Part shown: one piece after another, positions 41,770-51,549 of the stretch
Position numbering within the stretch: the first letter of the stretch is position 1
How the letters are laid out: every line of letters begins with the position of its first letter
DNA from: Kiloniella sp.
Lineage (GTDB): Bacteria; Pseudomonadota; Alphaproteobacteria; Kiloniellales; Kiloniellaceae
Reading direction: 5' to 3'
Assembly: GCF_048270245.1 (NCBI RefSeq)
Contig: NZ_JBLWTH010000008.1
Span: forward strand, 43,839 to 107,838
DNA: 64,000 nt
Made by a program: the position numbers and the translations under genes
Notes under the pieces: model-generated
What the model was told of the DNA's origin: nothing
Databases searched by the model: none
What the model saw: only the letters and a program-made list of their open reading frames with translations

Positions 41770-42008
41770 ACAAACTCTCCTACAAAACAGTAGAGCAAAC
41801 GATAAACACAGCTATAAACTTTGTCACGAGAGGAAATCATCGAAGGGAAAAAGCTTACCTTGTCTGATATTATTTTTTACTTTCTGAAGATATCTTTGAA
41901 ATAAAATCAAAAATTCAAATAAATCAGTAGGCAGAATCACCTAAATTGATATTAGATAAGCACTCATAACGCTCTTCTTCTGCTCCTATTCAGTGGTAAA
42001 TACACAGC

Positions 42009-43265
42009 ATGTGGCAATCAATCAGGTCAATTTCAGCTCTCCTTTTTAGTTTTGCCATGCTTATGCTTGGTCAGGGGATGATTAACACACTGCTGGGTCT
42101 TCGTAGTCGAATTGAAGGGTTCTCAACCGAGACCACCGGCCTGATCATGACTGGCCAGTTTATTGGAATGTTGATTGGTGCCGTTTTTGCTATTCGCGTG
42201 ATAGCCGCTGTTGGACATATTCGCTCCTTTGCTGCCTTTGCCTCTATCCTCTCAGTTGCTGTTCTTGCCCACGTACTGTTTACCGACCCTATTTTCTGGT
42301 TTTGCCTTCGTATTGTGACAGGATTCTGTATGGCAGGAATGATTATGGTGGTCGAAAGCTGGGTGAATGAAAAATCCAGTAATGAAAACAGAGGGAAAAT
42401 TCTCTCCCTCTATATGATTACCAACTATATAGGGTCTGGAACCGGACAATTTATGATGCTGTTGGGTGACCCCGCTCAATTCCAGCTCTTTGTTATTGGC
42501 TCAATGGTCTATTCCTTTGCACTTGTACCTCTTCTACTGACCAGAGCTACGGCCCCAACACCAAGTTCTCCTAAACGTATGGCTTTCAAGAATCTTTTTC
42601 TCGTTTCTCCGGTTGGGGTGTTTGGGACAGTATGTGCCGGGATGTCAAATTCATCTCTGAACAGTATGGGGGCCGTCTTTGGAAAGGATGTTGGCCTTAC
42701 TATTCCCCAGATTTCAACCTTTATGGCTGCGGCAATTTTTGGTGGAATGCTGTTGCAATTTCCGATTGGCCGTATATCAGATCGCTTTGACCGACGTACG
42801 GTTCTCATTTTCTCGTCGCTTTTGACAATCGGATCCTGTTTTGCCGTTATTTGGGCAACAGGACAGAGCTTTATTATTCTCATCGCTGCCATTGCGATTT
42901 ATGGCGGTATGTCATTTACAATATACCCGATTTCGGCATCACAGGTTAATGACATGGCCGACAGAAAAGAACTTGTCCAAGTATCTGCGGGCCTCTTAAT
43001 AGCCTATGGGGTCGGGGCAAGTTTAGGACCGACAGTTGCCGCACAGTTTATGGCCTTTATTGGTCCTGAAGGTATATTTATGTTCTTTGTCATGAACAAC
43101 AGCCTTCTTGTGCTTTTTACCATTGTACGTATTTTCCAACGAAGAAGACACGGTGAGAGCAAAGCGCCATTCCTGCCATTGGGTGGTAACGGCATGAGTA
43201 GTAAACAGCTCTATACTGCTGCGATCAAGGCAGAGACATCTATAGAAAAAGAAAAAAGTCAGTAA
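42009..43265 (+). CDS. MFS transporter (YcaD-like)
   Basis: About 12 hydrophobic segments; VVESWVNE, GRISDRFDRR. Confidence 0.9.
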   Translation: MWQSIRSISALLFSFAMLMLGQGMINTLLGLRSRIEGFSTETTGLIMTGQFIGMLIGAVFAIRVIAAVGHIRSFAAFASILSVAVLAHVLFTDPIFWFCLRIVTGFCMAGMIMVVESWVNEKSSNENRGKILSLYMITNYIGSGTGQFMMLLGDPAQFQLFVIGSMVYSFALVPLLLTRATAPTPSSPKRMAFKNLFLVSPVGVFGTVCAGMSNSSLNSMGAVFGKDVGLTIPQISTFMAAAIFGGMLLQFPIGRISDRFDRRTVLIFSSLLTIGSCFAVIWATGQSFIILIAAIAIYGGMSFTIYPISASQVNDMADRKELVQVSAGLLIAYGVGASLGPTVAAQFMAFIGPEGIFMFFVMNNSLLVLFTIVRIFQRRRHGESKAPFLPLGGNGMSSKQLYTAAIKAETSIEKEKSQ

Positions 43266-43776
43266 GCCAGTTATAGAGTTGCTTGTATATTAAAGAACAT
43301 CGATTCACACGGTTGCGTCAATTTAAGCGGTAGTTGTAACACCAATGGTCTATCTAGACTTAAAGCAACGCTTACTCGATCTTTAGCAAAAGCCCGTTAC
43401 AGAACATCGCGAAAGCCAAGCGCATCGTTAACACATGCGCAGTCTTTTTTACACCTGAAATAAATGCACAAAAACACCAAATAGAAACAGAATAAACACA
43501 ATAAAATTATAGAAAAACAAAACCCTCAAACCCACAGAAAAGAATCCACACAAAAATTAATTACAAAAAATACAGTAAATGTGATTATTTTCTTATGATT
43601 ATTAACAATTACTGTAATTTAACGAAAAAATCATACAAATATATGTAGTTATTAAAACATTAATTCTATATAAAATTTTAAATACTGATAAGATATTTGA
43701 GTCATATTCCTCAACCATGGCCTGAGTGAGTTGCCTGAAAAGGCGGTGCCAATACGAAGAGCCCGAGGAGGCTAGA

Positions 43777-46700
43777 ATGTCAGATTCAAACACACCCCGT
43801 AATTCCGATGACGCTACTTCTGAAATTGAAACGTTAGAACAAGATTCGGTTCTTGCTGTAGGCCAAGCGGCCACGGAACTTTCTATTGATTTGCCCGCTG
43901 TTGGGACATCCCAAGCAATTACTGCGCAGGCAGGTCAACGACTACAGCTTAATTTTGATGCGACACAAGCTGCCGCTGTTGTTGATGGACAAAATTTAGT
44001 TCTTAATTTTGACCTTGATAACGATGGCACCCCAGAAAGTAGTATTGTCTTTGAAAATTTGGCTGGTGATTTTTCTGACGGCGAAGCCCCTCTTCTTATC
44101 ATTGACGGGACAGAGGTTGCTGCCAGCCAACTTATAGGTCTTGTTTTGGCTCAGGCAGGGGATCTACCGCTTGAAACAGCAGCTGGTGCAGGTGCTGGTC
44201 CTGCAGGTGGCGGCGGTAGTGTTTATAGTGAAGACACTGGTAGTGTTATCGACTTGCTCATAGCACAAGGCATTATTGGGCCGACAGAACTAAACTTTGG
44301 CCTTCTTGATGGCATTGACGAAAATACCGATCCTGCCGAAGGGACGTTTGACGTTACCTTTATTACAACAGAAACAGAAGTTCCTGATTATGAAGGGGGT
44401 ATATCAGGCACCTTTGCTGGTGGCTTTGAAGACTGGCTACCGAACCAGCATTTACCTGGTGGCGATGAAGGTAAAGATGATAACCCTTTTGGTGGTGAAG
44501 GCGGCGAAGATACTTTAGAGGCTGTCGCGGCACCTATGCAGGTTATCTTTACTTTTGTGCCCGCAGATAACGAAACTCTTGATTTTGTGGTAATGGACCC
44601 CCTCCCCGATGGAGCCCGCTTATTCATTGGCGGCACCGATTTGGGTGATGAATATGTCGGTGGGTTCCCAGCTGTCATCGCAGGTAGCGATTTAGGGGAT
44701 GTATATATTCTTCCCCCGCCAGATTCTGATGAAGACATCAATGTTTCCGGGACTGCGGTGATTACCGATCCGGATTCAGGTCTATCTGCTGTGCTCCCTT
44801 ATTCTGTCGAGGCCATTATTGATGCTGTTGCTGACATGCCTCTACTGTCTTTAGGTGGTGAAGGCGGTGAAGGTGGCGAAGGCGGTGAACATAATTACCC
44901 TGACCTTCAGGTAAGAGATCAAATCACAGATCTACCAGACGAAAACGAGAATGAAGTTTACTTAACAGGTGGCCTGAATGATCCCATTGGTGAAGAAAGC
45001 ATAATAAAACTCCCCATCAATGCTGAACTTTGCGACAAAGATGGATCTGAAACACTAACTCTCGTCCTCTCTGGAATTCCCGCTGCCTTTACCATTAACG
45101 AAGAATGCACAAATTTACCAGAAGGGTGGGAACTTTTTGGTCCAATCACCCCTGCCCCTGTTCCAGATGACGGCGGCGAAGGCGGTGAAGACAGCATACT
45201 GTCGGAAGAACCCGGACAACTTGTTCAATACATTGTTCGTTACACAGGTGATTTGCCTGATCCAGACGATCCCGACCTTGATCCTTCGGAAACCGTTGAT
45301 TTTACAACTTTTGGTGGCCTTGTCGCATTTAACACCAATGACTACACAACGACGGGTGTTGATGTCGAAGGCGGTGAAGGCGGTGAAGGTGGAGAAAGCC
45401 CTGTTCCGACAGTCCTAACAGATGAACAATCTATCATTCTTCCCCCTAAACCAGAAGACGGTGGACGCTATCAAGAAGGTCCGACACATACAAACGGCCC
45501 AGTTGTCATTACTGTTCAGGCCATTGCGGAAGAACAAGAAACAGACGTTGGAACAGACGAATTAACGACTGAAAACAATATAGCGACTGCAGAAAGCAGC
45601 TTTGTTTTTGATATCGAAGAAGATGTTCCTGATATTGTCCGCTATGCAAAACTGTATCTGGATGAAACCGAAGGTGTCCAAACATCAGATGAATGGCGTG
45701 CTGCCAATGATGTCCCCGGTGTTTCAGATGCACAGACTATTCTGGCGACGGCAATGGCTGCGGATAGTACTGTAGGCGGCGAAATTGTCAGCCGAGGATT
45801 CACATCCATAGTAGACGGGTTAAATCTCTACACTGATGGTTCGAATGACGAAGCAGATGGTTCTGATGGGCCTTTGGATACTGATGCCCCTTCAAGTCCC
45901 AGCTTCTCACCACCTGATGATCTGGAAGATATTCGCTTTATTGACTATGACGGCGCATACAGTGGTGTAAAAACAACTGATGGCTCACATATCAATCTCT
46001 ATTCTTCGGACTCAGATCCTTCTGTTATTTATGGGCGTGTCGGCGGTGAAGATGGTGAGTTGGCCTTTGTGGTAACAATTGGTGCTGACCTTACAAATGG
46101 CGAAAATGACGTCGATATCTATGTCGAACAGTATCTCTCGCTCAAGCATCCTAAAACCTATAGCCACGACGAAGACATCAATACAATGAAGCTTAGGTTC
46201 TTCGCTGTGGACGATGAAGGTGACCAGAGTAATATCGGTAAACTGAGAATCAACTTCGATGATGATGGTCCTAAGATCGGTGGGCATGAGTTCCTCTGTG
46301 TCGATGAAACCGATTTTGATAACAGCGCGGTTATTTCAGATTCAGGTGTATTCGATACCTTTGACTTTGGCGCTGATGGTCCAGCCATTGACGACATTCG
46401 TATCAGCATGTTTTCTCTTGGTACCATCAGAACATCCGATGGAAACCACGCTGTCAGTACGAGCCAGTCCGGAGACACCTTAATCGGTACAGCTGATGGT
46501 GAAGAAGTGTTCCGGTTCACAGTTAATCCAGATGGATCCTACAGCTATGAACAATATGAAGCGTTGGAGCACTGGAACTCCTATAACCATAACGAACCAA
46601 TCGGAATGAAGTTTTCCGTACGGATCAAGGATGGTGATGGAGACAAAGCCTATGGCAATGTAATCCTTAAAGTTCTGGATGATGGGCCTGATATTGGTGG

Positions 46701-49700
46701 CCAGGAAATGGTAATGGTCGACGAAACAGACCTGAACACCAATGCCTCTATCAAGGATGGTGGCGCTTTTGATACCTTTGATTTCGGCGCTGACGGTCCA
46801 CAAACGGACTATGGCTGGTCCCCTCATAACGACGCCATCAAAATTTCAGTAGACACCAGTGGCATCACAACCGCTGAAACAGATACGCCAATTACAACTT
46901 CACAAGTTGGCAATGTGCTCACCGGGTGGGCTGGTGGCGACGTCGCCTTCACCTTTACAGTAAATCCTGACGGGACCTACGAGTACGAGCAATTCACCGC
47001 ATTGGAACACCCAAATACGAATGATCACAATGACCCACTGCCTATGAAATTCTACGTCAAGTTGGTAGATGGAGACTGGGATTATGATTGGGGTTCTGTG
47101 GATGTCATCGTAAAAGATGATGGCCTGCTTGCCCATAATGACGAAGAATGCGTAACTGAGGTTGAAAAAGAAACCCAACCGCAAAATATCGGCATCGTGA
47201 TGGATTTCAGTGGGTCAGTCAGCAATAGCGACCTCGCTACAGAAATTGCCAGCGTAAAAACCTTTATCCAGACGTTGTTTGCATCGGGGGCAAGTGTTTC
47301 AGTATCACTTGTGGCCTTTGGTGCTGATGCTGCAAACCTTGGAACCTTTACTGATCTGGCCTCTGCAGAGGCTGCGCTGGATGGCACCAGCCGTGGCGTC
47401 ATAAACTCTGGCGCTACGGATTATGAAGCCGCTATGGAAATGCTCTTTTCCGACAGCGGTGGTGACTTTGAATATGTTCCCGGTGCCAATAACCAGGTCT
47501 TCTTCCTCAGTGACGGAGAACAGAATGACGGCGCTTCACCCCTAAGCAATGGATCTATTGTGCTGGATAGTGGTGGTAAAGCTGACCTACTGGACGGCGA
47601 TATTGGCTTCACAGCTGTTGGTATTGGCGGAGGCGTCCAGCCGAGTGATTTTGTCAATTTCTTTGATGGTGGCGTTGTTGCCAACGACGGCGAAGTTCTA
47701 AACGCGGCATCATTCGAAGATCTTGCTGATGTGTTGGTTGGAACAATCGGACTGAGTAACACCGTAAGTGGTAACGTTATCACTAACGACGAAATTGGTG
47801 CCGATGGACTTGACCGTATTTGTGATATCGAAATCGATGGTACGACCTTTAGCGTTGATGATGCTGGGGTTCTAACCGGGCCAACGATAGGTACACCATC
47901 TGCGATTTATGATGATGGAACCAAACTCTTAACCGTTACCTCAGCCAAAGGAACGCTAGAGATTTACCTTGAAGATAGTGGCGGTAATGCTGTTGGTGAC
48001 TATACTTACACCAGCTTGCCGGCCGTTCAACATGGCGCACCAGGAACACCAACCGATGACGTTGTTGATGATGTATTCACTTACTCTATCCTCGATAACG
48101 ACGGCGATAAATCTTCCGCTGATTTAACAATTTGTATCAAGGATGATGAGCCTGTTGCAAACAATGACGAAATTTGTCTTGTTGCCCTGCCCGGTGAAAC
48201 ACCACCGCTTAATATTGCCTTTGTAATTGATGAGAGCGGATCGATTGGTCAATCAGACTATCAGACCCAGATAAATGGTGTCCGTACCTTTATTGACAAT
48301 CTCGTCGCGGAAAGTACTGCTTTGGAAACACTGGCTTTCTCTCTGGTTACTTTCGGGACGAATGCCGAAGACTATGGCACCTTTGTCTTTGATGGCTTCG
48401 CAGGTGGAACGCTGAACCTTGATGATTTCAAGCGTCTCAATAATGATGGGACCCTGTCATCGATAACCCTGGATGATCAACTTTCAACCATTTATGGGGC
48501 TTATGATGGGTCAGGCTCAACCAACTATGATGCAGGTATGGCGTCAATGTTCGGGGCGAACTCTGAATATCTGGACAATCCTGTGACAAGCTTACCATCA
48601 CATGAAAGTCACCTCTACTTCATTAGTGATGGTTCACCTAACGACACGAGTACAAGCAATAGTGATGAAATTGATAGTGGTATTGCAACCGCAATTGTTG
48701 ATAACGACATCCAGGTTACCGGAATAGGTATTGGTACAAGTACCTCTGTTGAAAATGGACTAGAGGATTATTTCCTTAATACGGGCGGCGGTGATGCCGT
48801 AAATCCTTCTATCCCCGGCAGTCTCTATAGCTTTGTCAGTGTACCAAACTTCGCTGATCTTGCTGATGCCCTAGATGGTACCGTCGGCGGAACTGATGCT
48901 AGTGGCAACCTTCTGACAAATGACGAACCGGGTGCTGATGGATTTGGTGCTGTTGCGATTACCGAAGTTCTTCACGATGGTGTTGTTTATACCGACGTAA
49001 GTGATGGTAGTAGTGATGGTATGATCATTATCGCGTCTACGGCCGAAGGCGGTAAACTGGTGGTCGATACGGCCACAGGCGATTACACCTATACCGCCCC
49101 GGGTTCAGTTAATGGTGATTATGAAGAAACCTTTGTCTATACCATGGTCGATGGTGACGGCGATCCTTCTTCCGCAGACCTAAAAGTCTGTGTAACATTG
49201 CCAGAGCCAGTTGATGCGGTAAACGATATCATCCTAACAAACATTACCTCTGGTGATATCGATATTCCTGATTCAGCCTTGCTGTTTAACGATGACATCA
49301 ACGCAAGTACAACACTCACCGATGTTGATAACCCTGTAAACGGGGCCGTCAGCGAAAGTGGTGGTGTTGTGACCTTCGTATCAGATGGTATGGATGTTTC
49401 CAGCCTGGGATTTGGGTCCGGTAGTACGGTCCAGACAATTTCAGAGCGAAATTATGGATCTGATGGATATTTTTACCATGATCCTCCCGGACCTAATAAT
49501 GATCATGTCGATAACTATGAAAGCAATAGTGATAGGGATACCTCTGGCTCTAATCGTTCAACTCAACTTAATCGTACAAGTTGGGTAAGAGATGACAGCA
49601 CACCGGCAAATGAAGTTGTTCACTTACTGAATATCAATGGCCGAATTAGAGATGCAAGTGATCGTGATGGCTTCTCTACAACCAGACGCTATGACCGTGA

Positions 49701-50469
49701 TAGCTATCAAATCGCATTGCTGGGTGGGGAAACCTTCTCACTCGAGAGCTTTACAGGGCATTCCAACCTTAAGGTTGTGCTTTATAGCCCCGGAGGATCA
49801 GTTATAGATTCTGACTTTAACCCGGGAGAAAGTTATACGGCCATCAGTTCTGGAAACTATTATATCCGGGTACAATCAACCGATAGTAAAAACGATAGTG
49901 GAACACGAACACGAGACTACGAAGCAGAGCTTTCTATCGAAAGTACTGATATCGTCCAACTTCAGGATGGTGGTTTCGACTATGAAATATCAGATACATT
50001 AACAACTGACGTTGCCAGTGCATCCGTCGAATATCAGGACGGTAGTACGATTACCGGTACGGGCGATGGTGAAATTCTTGTCGGTGGCGATGGTGATGAT
50101 ACCCTCATCGGCGGCGGTGGAAATGACACCCTGATCGGGGGAGCTGGCTCAGACACCTTAACGGGTGGTACTGGGGCGGATACTTTCCTCTTCTATGGTC
50201 AAAATATTGGTGTAGATGTTGATACCATCACAGATTATGACAACAGCGAGGGTGATATTCTGGATGTCAGTGATCTGATTGTCTTTGATGACAATACCGA
50301 TGTTGTTGCGAATTTTATTCGAGCAACGGATACAGGACCGACTACATCACTGGAAATCTCTAGCGATGGCGTTACCTATACAGAAATTGCTGTTATGGAA
50401 AATGTCAGTGCGACAGATATCCTGACGGTTATTCTTGATAACGACGAACACATGATTGTCGTTGGATAG
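43777..50469 (+). CDS. Large T1SS-type RTX adhesin (retention module, ~140-aa repeats, two VWA domains, RTX nonapeptides)
   Basis: GAGGAGG SD before ATG 43777; ETAAG in the N-terminal module; DFSGS and DESGS MIDAS motifs; GGDGDDTLI/GGGGNDTLI/GGAGSDTLT/GGTGADTF; C-terminal DTITDY..GDILDVSDL; highly acidic and Gly-rich. Confidence 0.9.
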   Translation: MSDSNTPRNSDDATSEIETLEQDSVLAVGQAATELSIDLPAVGTSQAITAQAGQRLQLNFDATQAAAVVDGQNLVLNFDLDNDGTPESSIVFENLAGDFSDGEAPLLIIDGTEVAASQLIGLVLAQAGDLPLETAAGAGAGPAGGGGSVYSEDTGSVIDLLIAQGIIGPTELNFGLLDGIDENTDPAEGTFDVTFITTETEVPDYEGGISGTFAGGFEDWLPNQHLPGGDEGKDDNPFGGEGGEDTLEAVAAPMQVIFTFVPADNETLDFVVMDPLPDGARLFIGGTDLGDEYVGGFPAVIAGSDLGDVYILPPPDSDEDINVSGTAVITDPDSGLSAVLPYSVEAIIDAVADMPLLSLGGEGGEGGEGGEHNYPDLQVRDQITDLPDENENEVYLTGGLNDPIGEESIIKLPINAELCDKDGSETLTLVLSGIPAAFTINEECTNLPEGWELFGPITPAPVPDDGGEGGEDSILSEEPGQLVQYIVRYTGDLPDPDDPDLDPSETVDFTTFGGLVAFNTNDYTTTGVDVEGGEGGEGGESPVPTVLTDEQSIILPPKPEDGGRYQEGPTHTNGPVVITVQAIAEEQETDVGTDELTTENNIATAESSFVFDIEEDVPDIVRYAKLYLDETEGVQTSDEWRAANDVPGVSDAQTILATAMAADSTVGGEIVSRGFTSIVDGLNLYTDGSNDEADGSDGPLDTDAPSSPSFSPPDDLEDIRFIDYDGAYSGVKTTDGSHINLYSSDSDPSVIYGRVGGEDGELAFVVTIGADLTNGENDVDIYVEQYLSLKHPKTYSHDEDINTMKLRFFAVDDEGDQSNIGKLRINFDDDGPKIGGHEFLCVDETDFDNSAVISDSGVFDTFDFGADGPAIDDIRISMFSLGTIRTSDGNHAVSTSQSGDTLIGTADGEEVFRFTVNPDGSYSYEQYEALEHWNSYNHNEPIGMKFSVRIKDGDGDKAYGNVILKVLDDGPDIGGQEMVMVDETDLNTNASIKDGGAFDTFDFGADGPQTDYGWSPHNDAIKISVDTSGITTAETDTPITTSQVGNVLTGWAGGDVAFTFTVNPDGTYEYEQFTALEHPNTNDHNDPLPMKFYVKLVDGDWDYDWGSVDVIVKDDGLLAHNDEECVTEVEKETQPQNIGIVMDFSGSVSNSDLATEIASVKTFIQTLFASGASVSVSLVAFGADAANLGTFTDLASAEAALDGTSRGVINSGATDYEAAMEMLFSDSGGDFEYVPGANNQVFFLSDGEQNDGASPLSNGSIVLDSGGKADLLDGDIGFTAVGIGGGVQPSDFVNFFDGGVVANDGEVLNAASFEDLADVLVGTIGLSNTVSGNVITNDEIGADGLDRICDIEIDGTTFSVDDAGVLTGPTIGTPSAIYDDGTKLLTVTSAKGTLEIYLEDSGGNAVGDYTYTSLPAVQHGAPGTPTDDVVDDVFTYSILDNDGDKSSADLTICIKDDEPVANNDEICLVALPGETPPLNIAFVIDESGSIGQSDYQTQINGVRTFIDNLVAESTALETLAFSLVTFGTNAEDYGTFVFDGFAGGTLNLDDFKRLNNDGTLSSITLDDQLSTIYGAYDGSGSTNYDAGMASMFGANSEYLDNPVTSLPSHESHLYFISDGSPNDTSTSNSDEIDSGIATAIVDNDIQVTGIGIGTSTSVENGLEDYFLNTGGGDAVNPSIPGSLYSFVSVPNFADLADALDGTVGGTDASGNLLTNDEPGADGFGAVAITEVLHDGVVYTDVSDGSSDGMIIIASTAEGGKLVVDTATGDYTYTAPGSVNGDYEETFVYTMVDGDGDPSSADLKVCVTLPEPVDAVNDIILTNITSGDIDIPDSALLFNDDINASTTLTDVDNPVNGAVSESGGVVTFVSDGMDVSSLGFGSGSTVQTISERNYGSDGYFYHDPPGPNNDHVDNYESNSDRDTSGSNRSTQLNRTSWVRDDSTPANEVVHLLNINGRIRDASDRDGFSTTRRYDRDSYQIALLGGETFSLESFTGHSNLKVVLYSPGGSVIDSDFNPGESYTAISSGNYYIRVQSTDSKNDSGTRTRDYEAELSIESTDIVQLQDGGFDYEISDTLTTDVASASVEYQDGSTITGTGDGEILVGGDGDDTLIGGGGNDTLIGGAGSDTLTGGTGADTFLFYGQNIGVDVDTITDYDNSEGDILDVSDLIVFDDNTDVVANFIRATDTGPTTSLEISSDGVTYTEIAVMENVSATDILTVILDNDEHMIVVG
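46261..47115 (+). repeat. Two tandem ~139-146-aa repeats (T1SS-143-like) within the adhesin
   Basis: DDGP.IGG.E...VDETD....FDTFDFGADGP and FTVNPDG.Y.YEQ..ALEH recur at 46261 and 46678, with visible DNA similarity. Confidence 0.8.
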
Positions 50470-50486
50470 TTTTACCCCTTAACGAA

Positions 50487-50519
50487 CAAAACCCCCGTAG
50501 AAAAACTGCGGGGGTTTTG
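50487..50519. terminator. Bidirectional rho-independent terminator
   Basis: CAAAACCCCCGTAG-AAAAA-CTGCGGGGGTTTTG between convergent genes. Confidence 0.85.
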
Positions 50520-50536
50520 TTGTTTTGGTATGCTAT

Positions 50537-51331
50537 TTAAGGTCGGAAAACCTTCCACCCATTCGCTGTCTTCAACCAAAATGCGCCTTGGGTAATTGTT
50601 GTACGTCCCGTGGCAACATCAGTTTTTTCTTCAAACTGTATTGGTCCTTGATCTTGACTGTTTACAACCTGGTAAGCACGTCCGCCCAATATTTTATTCA
50701 CCTGTACATCTTTGCTTGATTTGATCGTGTATTTACCACTGAGCAATTCAGAAACCATACCCTTGATCATTTCAGGGGGCGGCCCACCAGCAAGAGGTAG
50801 ATCGGTAAACATCGGCTCAAAGAAAGCCATATAACCCTTGGCATCACCGGCCTCTGCGGCGTTACGCATCATCTCTATCGCTTCCAACAATCCTTCATCA
50901 GAGGTAATTTCACCTGTCAGATAACTGAAGGCAGGCTGGGTCTTGGCCTGAAAAATGGCGTTTTGTTCCCCTGCCCCTTGTTGATACAACTCAGCCAGTA
51001 CATTTTCATTCTTACCCGGCTCTTTGGGGAAATCGCCTTCACAAGCAACGAAAACCTCTGCACGCCCTGTGGCATCAGGGCTATCAGTAATCAATTCAAT
51101 CTTGAAATCATTATCCCCCTCTAACAACAGGTTTGCCGGAACAGTATTCGAGTGTGATCCCTTGTGATTTATCAGGATGACGTTATTCACCCTCACTCTT
51201 AATTCTGCTGCGTCACTTCCTTGAAGCGCAACCGCTGTTATTTCCTTACACGCGTGAGTAGGCATTGCAGTTAACCCCATTGATCCAATTGTAACCAGAG
51301 CCAAATAAACAGGCTTCATATTTTTGAGCAT
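50537..51331 (-). CDS. Exported hypothetical protein (beta-rich N-domain, possibly NTF2-like C-domain)
   Basis: Signal peptide ending THA; 264-aa ORF with SD and upstream ECF-like promoters. Fold is a pattern-based guess. Confidence 0.75.
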   Translation of the reverse strand: MLKNMKPVYLALVTIGSMGLTAMPTHACKEITAVALQGSDAAELRVRVNNVILINHKGSHSNTVPANLLLEGDNDFKIELITDSPDATGRAEVFVACEGDFPKEPGKNENVLAELYQQGAGEQNAIFQAKTQPAFSYLTGEITSDEGLLEAIEMMRNAAEAGDAKGYMAFFEPMFTDLPLAGGPPPEMIKGMVSELLSGKYTIKSSKDVQVNKILGGRAYQVVNSQDQGPIQFEEKTDVATGRTTITQGAFWLKTANGWKVFRP

Positions 51332-51433
51332 GACTTTTCCTTTGAATTTAAGGCCCGTTGAACTTGAAGCCCTTTAATTTCAAATCTTTTAATTACGAGT
51401 ATGGGGTTGGCCTAAAGATCTGATCATCAATCC

Positions 51434-51493
51434 GTCGGACAGCACCCAATGTTTTGTTCACAACTAGGTCGGTCCAACACAAACAACAGTTCA
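51434..51493 (-). promoter_or_regulatory. Two tandem ECF-type promoters
   Basis: TGAACT-N16-CGAC (51493-51468) and TGAACA-N17-CGAC (51460-51434). Confidence 0.65.
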
Positions 51494-51549
51494 AATAAAA
51501 ATATAAAATTTCCATCTAACTGTTTTTATTTCTATAATTCACAAGGGTT

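Noticed and set aside
43266-43450. Small ORF or sRNA downstream of the MFS gene
   Set aside because: No ORF above about 20 codons with a start codon; only a modest GCGCAT hairpin that may be a terminator.
43700-43776. c-di-GMP riboswitch in the adhesin leader
   Set aside because: Only a 4-bp GAAA hairpin is present; the conserved class I/II core sequences are not visible.
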